Below are positions 58,898 to 64,000 of a DNA stretch of 64,000 bases, one piece after another. The notes beneath the pieces were generated by a model. The model did not search any database. It saw only the letters and a program-made list of their open reading frames with translations, and had not been told where the DNA came from. The DNA lies in IMG/VR virus record IMGVR_UViG_3300012924_000001, positions 14,335-78,334 of that record; one strand, given 5' to 3'. This DNA is from a virus. A program made the position numbers and the translations under genes. Each line of letters begins with the position of its first letter. Position 1 is the first letter of the stretch.

Positions 58898-58950
58898 GGT
58901 TAAGACCCCGCTTGTCGGGGTTTCACAGAGTAACCGATCATCAGTTAACC
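58898..58950 (-). ncRNA. Type I hammerhead ribozyme (variant), HH1
   Basis: GGUUAA-CUGAUGA-UCGG UUACU CUGU-GAAA-CCCCG ACAAG CGGGG-UC^UUAACC. Confidence 0.85.
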
Positions 58951-58958
58951 TTTAGTCC

Positions 58959-59129
58959 TCATCCGGGGTATGTAATGGGAGTTGTCATCCATTCCGTATC
59001 TATTACTAGCACATTCGCTGTGCTGAATATCTCATACTCAGAATTTTGTTCTAGTTCCTCAATGGCATCCGCTACACTGAGAGCGGACTGTATCTTTATT
59101 TTGATGATAGCATAAATTGTTGTTTCCAT
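58959..59129 (-). CDS. Small acidic protein (56 aa, not in ORF track)
   Basis: METTIYAIIKIK...; preceded by TAACCTTTAAAC. Confidence 0.65.
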   Translation of the reverse strand: METTIYAIIKIKIQSALSVADAIEELEQNSEYEIFSTANVLVIDTEWMTTPITYPG

Positions 59130-59161
59130 AATAAATAAGTTTAAAGGTTATTAATACTATT

Positions 59162-59347
59162 CTATACCAAACTAAAATTACGCCACCATGAGCCAATAGT
59201 ATGCCGTTGTCCTAGATCATTGGTTACGGTTACTTCCATTAATGCAGCAACGCTTTCAATCGGGTTTTTAAGCTCATACGTGCGGCCTTTAGTAAAGCAT
59301 TTACCAAGGTTATACAGGTCTTTTTTCGCTTTTATTTTCGTGTACAT
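59162..59347 (-). CDS. Hypothetical protein, small-gene array
   Basis: Co-oriented ORF. Confidence 0.6.
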   Translation of the reverse strand: MYTKIKAKKDLYNLGKCFTKGRTYELKNPIESVAALMEVTVTNDLGQRHTIGSWWRNFSLV

Positions 59348-59348
59348 A

Positions 59349-59591
59349 TCAATGTAGTTTAGCGGTTAATTTTGTTTGAAAGCGGCCCCCAAAGGAAAAG
59401 TAGGTGTTACATGGTTCTATTTCCTTACGGTCAAAATGCATTTTTGCGTCATCTGGGGTTATCCAGCCGTTTGTAATGGCCTTGTTGATCTCTGTAGGAG
59501 TATACAGTTCATCCCTTACCAGAAAGGTATTGGAAAAGTGGACACTCAGAGGGACTTGATCTGAACTTTTTTTCACTTTGTAGTATAACAT
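59349..59591 (-). CDS. Hypothetical protein, small-gene array
   Basis: Co-oriented ORF; ELYTP...YFSFG.RF motif. Confidence 0.6.
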   Translation of the reverse strand: MLYYKVKKSSDQVPLSVHFSNTFLVRDELYTPTEINKAITNGWITPDDAKMHFDRKEIEPCNTYFSFGGRFQTKLTAKLH

Positions 59592-59612
59592 ATATAGTGG
59601 TTTTAGGATTAT

Positions 59613-59867
59613 TTAATCGGCCATTAGTGGCTGTTTGGCTATGTGTGTTACCAGCATTCGGACAGCGAGAACGTTTAATTGTTCTAGCGCGCTGATAGCC
59701 GATTCCGCTGTATAATATGCATGTGTGCGCATCTGTTTAAGTGACTTGTTTCTACATTTGCCATCTGAATAGTGGTAAGTACGTCCGGCGCTATCGACAA
59801 TATACCAGTAGGTAGTAGCACGACCAGCTAAGAAGTATCGATTGCTCTTTATAGTGTACAGGTACAT
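59613..59867 (-). CDS. Hypothetical protein, small-gene array
   Basis: Start at MYLYTIK after an A-rich leader. Confidence 0.55.
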   Translation of the reverse strand: MYLYTIKSNRYFLAGRATTYWYIVDSAGRTYHYSDGKCRNKSLKQMRTHAYYTAESAISALEQLNVLAVRMLVTHIAKQPLMAD

Positions 59868-59889
59868 AATAATGTAGTTTAAGGAGTAT

Positions 59890-60420
59890 CTAAAAATCAA
59901 AATCGATAACAACTGTAGTTCCTTTCTTCTTACCAAAGCCACCCCCTAACACGTCATTAAATGGCACATACCAGTATTTACGCGCCTGGTGGTTATATCC
60001 TTGCGCCACATATACCTGAGCGGATACACGGCCACCCTTAAACAGGAGCTTAAAGTAATCGCCCTTTTTAACCTTCTCAATTGTGGTTTGGCCTTGTATC
60101 TTATTGATAATTTCCGCATTCGCTTTGATTACCATATCCAGCCTATTACTTATGTCATTAAGAGCTATCGTATTACCTTCCCGTTGTAGCTTATCGGCAA
60201 GGGCACTTAACCCATCTACAGGCACGGTTTGAGCGTTATAAATCTCATTTACATAAGCGGCTTTAGTCCTTCCCATCGCTCCACACACAGTACAGCGTAC
60301 CTGAGAAGATTTAGTAGGTTTTATCTTACCAGTGCGATAACTCCAATAGTGCCTGTATTGCGTAATTACATATTTGCTTCTATCGCGTGGCCTGCATTGG
60401 CAGGAAAATCGTATTGACAT
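59890..60420 (-). CDS. Hypothetical protein with N-terminal Zn-ribbon
   Basis: CQC...CTVC. Confidence 0.6.
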   Translation of the reverse strand: MSIRFSCQCRPRDRSKYVITQYRHYWSYRTGKIKPTKSSQVRCTVCGAMGRTKAAYVNEIYNAQTVPVDGLSALADKLQREGNTIALNDISNRLDMVIKANAEIINKIQGQTTIEKVKKGDYFKLLFKGGRVSAQVYVAQGYNHQARKYWYVPFNDVLGGGFGKKKGTTVVIDFDF

Positions 60421-60430
60421 AATAACAGGT

Positions 60431-60676
60431 TTACAGGTTATTGAAAGAGGGCTGATAACCGATCATACCCTTGTGTAACATACCAACTATAGTAAACTCT
60501 GATTCGCTGCCGTTTAGCGTTATTCCGTCCATATGTGTTAATCCTATGCAATAATCATTCAGCAGGCATATAATAAGATACTGCCCTATGCGGTCTTTAA
60601 TAACACGATAAGCAGTAGATGCCCACTGTACATTGTGACCTGAATCAACAGCTTGTTTAATTTCTGTAACTGTCAT
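60431..60676 (-). CDS. Hypothetical protein, small-gene array
   Basis: Co-oriented ORF. Confidence 0.6.
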   Translation of the reverse strand: MTVTEIKQAVDSGHNVQWASTAYRVIKDRIGQYLIICLLNDYCIGLTHMDGITLNGSESEFTIVGMLHKGMIGYQPSFNNL

Positions 60677-60696
60677 AATAGAGTTCGGTTTAAAGG

Positions 60697-60966
60697 TTAA
60701 TACATTTTATCTATGGGCAGATGTTCGCCCCCGTCTGCATCCCTACAGATTGCGCGGTAGCCAGCACAATCAATGGCCGGTCTATTTTCATGTGCGAGGC
60801 GCTTTACTTGCGTTTCAAGTGCCAATAATTCGTCATTATCCCCCTCATCTTCTTGTGGGGAATAATCAGCTACAAAGGGCATTGTGAAATAAGGCCAATC
60901 CTGCGTCAATTGTCCGTTGTGGTCTAATTTCCATATTTCTAGTGTCCAATTATTATTTGTTTCCAT
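60697..60966 (-). CDS. Acidic hypothetical protein directly downstream of hammerhead 2
   Basis: Co-oriented ORF. Confidence 0.6.
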   Translation of the reverse strand: METNNNWTLEIWKLDHNGQLTQDWPYFTMPFVADYSPQEDEGDNDELLALETQVKRLAHENRPAIDCAGYRAICRDADGGEHLPIDKMY

Positions 60967-60988
60967 CTGAAAAGATTTAAAGGTTATT

Positions 60989-61041
60989 GACTAATAGGGG
61001 CCTTTTACCCCTTTCACGTAATAAACGATCATCGGTTAGCC
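60989..61041 (-). ncRNA. Type I hammerhead ribozyme (variant core CCGAUGA), HH2
   Basis: GGCUAA-CCGAUGA-UCGU UUAUU ACGU-GAAA-GGGGU AAAAG GCCCC-UA^UUAGUC. Confidence 0.75.
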
Positions 61042-61052
61042 TTGTAATAGGT

Positions 61053-61358
61053 TTAAAGGAATTTATAAATAAGCCTGATACTCACTATATCCCCTTCTTT
61101 GCTATCTATCTGTACCGTGTTTATGTCTATGACTGAAAATTCATCTTTTTTAGGCCAATCAACCCAGCTGTCTTTAAAAGCCTGATCTTTTTCTCGCCAT
61201 GTTTTTAGGGCAAAAGAATTGCTTTGTACGATAGATACTTCCCTTTCATCATGTAGCTGTATGAGCTTTAGATTCCCCTGTTTGTCTGCCCAATGTAATT
61301 CAGAATATATTTTTGTACCAGGGGTAACACGTTTTTTGAAGTCTGAAATAGTCTGCAT
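61053..61358 (-). CDS. Hypothetical protein, small-gene array
   Basis: Start at MQTISDF after the TAACCTTTAAAC motif. Confidence 0.6.
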   Translation of the reverse strand: MQTISDFKKRVTPGTKIYSELHWADKQGNLKLIQLHDEREVSIVQSNSFALKTWREKDQAFKDSWVDWPKKDEFSVIDINTVQIDSKEGDIVSIRLIYKFL

Positions 61359-61368
61359 AGTAATAGGT

Positions 61369-61560
61369 TTAAAGGTTAAGGTTTTTAATATAGTTTTTTG
61401 CAACTGTCCATGCCTTACTGCGCGTGGGTTGGGCAGCGTTTAAATAAAAACTATCCGATATAGTTTTACTATAAAACATTATAACAGGATAGTATTGTAC
61501 ATGCCCTTTGTGATTTGATTTGGACGTGGAGGGCTTGTAAGTTACGTTTTGCTGTGCCAT
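61369..61560 (-). CDS. Hypothetical protein, small-gene array
   Basis: Preceded by the motif. Confidence 0.6.
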   Translation of the reverse strand: MAQQNVTYKPSTSKSNHKGHVQYYPVIMFYSKTISDSFYLNAAQPTRSKAWTVAKNYIKNLNL

Positions 61561-61571
61561 AATCTAATGGT

Positions 61572-61835
61572 TTACAGGTTATCATTGATGTGTTGAACGA
61601 TGGCTGTATAAGTGGAGTCCGGCACTGGCTCCCGCTGTATTTTGGGCAGGAAGGGGGAGATAGGGTACAACTGCACACGATATACAGGCAGTTCATTTGA
61701 CTTGTCCTGTGTGATAAAGATATGCAGGCCGTCCGGCGCATTGTCTGCTATCCAGTCCATGAGTAATTCAAGGGCCGGGCCTTCCTTTGATATAAGGAGG
61801 GCGTTTTTATTGATAAGATAATATGCTTTGTTCAT
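61572..61835 (-). CDS. Hypothetical protein, small-gene array
   Basis: Preceded by a motif variant. Confidence 0.6.
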   Translation of the reverse strand: MNKAYYLINKNALLISKEGPALELLMDWIADNAPDGLHIFITQDKSNELPVYRVQLYPISPFLPKIQREPVPDSTYTAIVQHINDNL

Positions 61836-61846
61836 GATACGATAGT

Positions 61847-62038
61847 TTAAAGAGTTTGTAGTTTTAAAAGTATATCGGTCCAGTATGCAACAATGGTTAT
61901 ATCATCGGTATAGTATATGACATTGGGGTCATTCCACATTGTACGCTCCTGTGCCTGCTCTATTGCTTTATTTAGATCGGTAACCTCAATAGACTTGCCT
62001 AATAGATCAGTTATGTAAATTTTGTTTGTAGTGTCCAT
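61847..62038 (-). CDS. Hypothetical protein, small-gene array
   Basis: IEVTDLNKAIEQA...YWTD motif. Confidence 0.6.
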   Translation of the reverse strand: MDTTNKIYITDLLGKSIEVTDLNKAIEQAQERTMWNDPNVIYYTDDITIVAYWTDILLKLQTL

Positions 62039-62055
62039 AGTATGTTAGTTAAGAG

Positions 62056-62379
62056 TTATTGATTAATATACAGTGTAGCATACTGATACCCCCAAAAATT
62101 AGACTGTATGAGCAGCATGTTTTTGCTGTTCCTTATAGCTATTTTCATACAGTCATTAACAAATTGCTGAGTGTCCTTAATTAATCTTGGACCAACAATA
62201 CTAAAATCAAAACTATAGAAGCTATGTTTTGTATCAACGGTTGTTCTACAGGTATCAATCTCGCAAACAATAGCCTTGTTTTGCTTGGCATAGTCATATA
62301 CTATAGTAACCTGCTCAGCGGGTGATAATTCATTAATGTTTGCCGGTAAGCCTATTATATTGGGAATGGTGATTGCCAT
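62056..62379 (-). CDS. Hypothetical protein, small-gene array
   Basis: Preceded by a motif variant. Confidence 0.6.
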   Translation of the reverse strand: MAITIPNIIGLPANINELSPAEQVTIVYDYAKQNKAIVCEIDTCRTTVDTKHSFYSFDFSIVGPRLIKDTQQFVNDCMKIAIRNSKNMLLIQSNFWGYQYATLYINQ

Positions 62380-62389
62380 AAGAACAGGT

Positions 62390-62629
62390 TTAAAGATTAT
62401 AGTTAGGATGTGCGGTCATCTTTAGCAAGGGACTAACGCACACGTGTTGAAATGTGATAGGGTCTGTAACTGCCCATAAGAGCCTGTGGCGGTCCGCTGG
62501 CTTGTAAGACTTGTAGTTGATACGCTGATCTATTGTAAGCTCAAAATACGGGCTGTAATAGCCGTGGAAATGATTTTGAAAGATGATACTACGGAAGGTA
62601 AGTTGCTGGGAAGTGTTGTTTGTGGTCAT
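62390..62629 (-). CDS. Hypothetical protein, small-gene array
   Basis: Preceded by the motif. Confidence 0.55.
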   Translation of the reverse strand: MTTNNTSQQLTFRSIIFQNHFHGYYSPYFELTIDQRINYKSYKPADRHRLLWAVTDPITFQHVCVSPLLKMTAHPNYNL

Positions 62630-62662
62630 AGTATGTTAGTTTAAAGGTTAAGAGTGATCCAC

Positions 62663-62959
62663 TCAAATGTTATACGGTAACTGGTACAATTCTGTACTGT
62701 TAAGGGTATAAAAATGCACGGGTTCAGCTTGCCGCTGTTCAATAAATGTCACATACTCATCAAAGGACACTTCTTTGGGGTCACGCCCATTTAAGTACAT
62801 ATTGAGTGAAGCGTCCTTTGTGTCGTTGCGCATAGCGAAGGTGTTAAAGGCTGTATCAGGCTGTTGGTCATTGGCAACTATGTATATTACTATACCTTGT
62901 TCAAAGAGCAGCCGCGCCTGTCTGTGTGTGATTTCTAACAATGTTAGGGTGTGGTTCAT
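62663..62959 (-). CDS. Hypothetical protein, small-gene array
   Basis: Preceded by a motif variant. Confidence 0.6.
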   Translation of the reverse strand: MNHTLTLLEITHRQARLLFEQGIVIYIVANDQQPDTAFNTFAMRNDTKDASLNMYLNGRDPKEVSFDEYVTFIEQRQAEPVHFYTLNSTELYQLPYNI

Positions 62960-62969
62960 AGTAAACAGG

Positions 62970-63341
62970 TTAAAGGTTATTAGATTCCATTTTAACAGGC
63001 GCTAAATACTCCCGCGTGCCGATATGCTTAAAGAGTAGTGCAGCGCTGCCTGTATCCGCGTCTTTCATCCCCATGTACATATAATGACCCGCAAAGTTAG
63101 GGGACGCGGGATCAGCAGATAATATACCGGCGTTGATAGCATGAGCAAAGCAGTCTTTTGCGCTTGGACCGTTTATAGGGAAGCTCTTTTTAAGGTCCTC
63201 AATCTGCTGCTTAATTGTTAAGCGAGTAGCGGGATCAATAGTACGAACCATACGCGCAGTGAGCAGCTCAATGAGCTTATGGGGATCGGTAGTGTTAGCG
63301 ATCATGCGATCTATGATAATAGTCATGTTCATTCCGTTCAT
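62970..63341 (-). CDS. Hypothetical protein (YMYMG...FKHI.TREYL motif)
   Basis: Preceded by the motif. Confidence 0.6.
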   Translation of the reverse strand: MNGMNMTIIIDRMIANTTDPHKLIELLTARMVRTIDPATRLTIKQQIEDLKKSFPINGPSAKDCFAHAINAGILSADPASPNFAGHYMYMGMKDADTGSAALLFKHIGTREYLAPVKMESNNL

Positions 63342-63359
63342 GATATATAAGTTTAAAGG

Positions 63360-63563
63360 TTAAAGTGAATTGATTTCATTATCTAAAAGGTGGTGCCCCG
63401 CTTCCACGTACTTTGTGGCATATACTTCAAAGCCGTCTCCTTCAGGGAAGCGCGTTTTGAAGTCGTTATAGATGGCTTTAAGCGCTTTACCGCTTGTAAT
63501 ACTGCGCTTATGAGTGGCAAAATAATGTACGCCTTTAAGTGACACGATAATTTCGTAGTACAT
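63360..63563 (-). CDS. Hypothetical protein (YEIIVSL.G.HYFAT..RSI motif)
   Basis: Recurrent phage early-gene family. Confidence 0.65.
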   Translation of the reverse strand: MYYEIIVSLKGVHYFATHKRSITSGKALKAIYNDFKTRFPEGDGFEVYATKYVEAGHHLLDNEINSL

Positions 63564-63573
63564 ACAATGTAGT

Positions 63574-63801
63574 TTAAAGGGTTGATGAATGTGTAATGTC
63601 TACCATATCCCCGGCCTTTACTACTTTCTTACGTAAGCGGGCGTGATATTTAGCTTCCTGTAAGGCGACGGCGTCCTGTCCTATACGAGTCCAGTTTGCG
63701 AAATCTTTATCAGTCTCATAGATAACAATATATGTTGCTGTTATATACGGTTGTGTCGCAAAGATAAAATTACCTTCTTTGGTGGTTATTGCGGTATGCA
63801 T
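63574..63801 (-). CDS. Hypothetical protein, small-gene array
   Basis: Preceded by the motif. Confidence 0.6.
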   Translation of the reverse strand: MHTAITTKEGNFIFATQPYITATYIVIYETDKDFANWTRIGQDAVALQEAKYHARLRKKVVKAGDMVDITHSSTL

Positions 63802-63819
63802 AGTTATGTAGTTTAAAGG

Positions 63820-64000
63820 TTATTCAGCAATAGTAACTTTATAATACCCTTTGGGATCAATCCAGTACTTAAACCCCCCATTGTCACACGTATTGGTTTG
63901 TTCTATCAATTCATATGCACAATCAGCTAGTGTCTCCTGCGCTAATGTATAGAAAAGTCCCTGTAAGGTTGGTTCGTTACGTTGTTCTTTTGCTTCATTG
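63820..64000 (-). CDS. 3' part of a gene truncated by the window end
   Basis: Open frame ...GFKYWIDPKGYYKVTIAE* whose TAA begins the motif. Confidence 0.55.
   Translation of the reverse strand, partial: NEAKEQRNEPTLQGLFYTLAQETLADCAYELIEQTNTCDNGGFKYWIDPKGYYKVTIAE

Larger units (their letters stand above)
59139..63822 (-). repeat. Dispersed junction motif TAACCTTTAAAC (and variants) upstream of starts
   Basis: Exact copies at 59139, 60688, 61367, 62639, 63351, 63811; variants at 60429, 60975, 61570, 62388, 62968 and others. Confidence 0.85.

Noticed and set aside
59139-63822. CRISPR array or integron attC sites
   Set aside because: The repeat is only 12 bp, non-palindromic, and separated by whole genes

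Overview
Partial genome of a temperate podovirus-type phage of a Bacteroidota host, with a crAss-related or Cellulophaga-phage-like virion gene order. Host evidence is TAnnTTTG promoters, A-rich SD-less starts and signal peptides cleaved before Gln. Layout: (1) 1-32.9 kb, + strand virion module with terminase, portal, scaffold, capsid, ring/muzzle proteins, ejected cargo proteins, HNH endonuclease, tail hub, spike and holin; (2) 33-39 kb, accessory and regulatory genes plus a ~570-nt ORF-poor block of four tandem structured RNA domains; (3) 39.2-41.1 kb, attP-like region, tyrosine integrase and excisionase; (4) 41-48.8 kb, - strand replication/recombination operon (RuvC-like, initiator with iterons, ERF, Acb2/Tad1-like sponge); (5) cro/cI switch followed by GNAT and secreted-fibre morons; (6) 52.2-64 kb, - strand array of ~38 tiny genes joined by a recurrent TAACCTTTAAAC motif. 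Most notable: two variant type-I hammerhead ribozymes, an anticodon-less tRNA mimic and a duplicated junction motif in the spacers of the small-gene array (a candidate RNA-based mRNA segmentation system); an unrecognised four-domain ncRNA cluster; tailspike/fibre proteins carrying Sec signal peptides; and an overprinted 'MPFKSK' gene inside the largest cargo gene. All assignments come from reading motifs by eye; no searches or folding programs were run.
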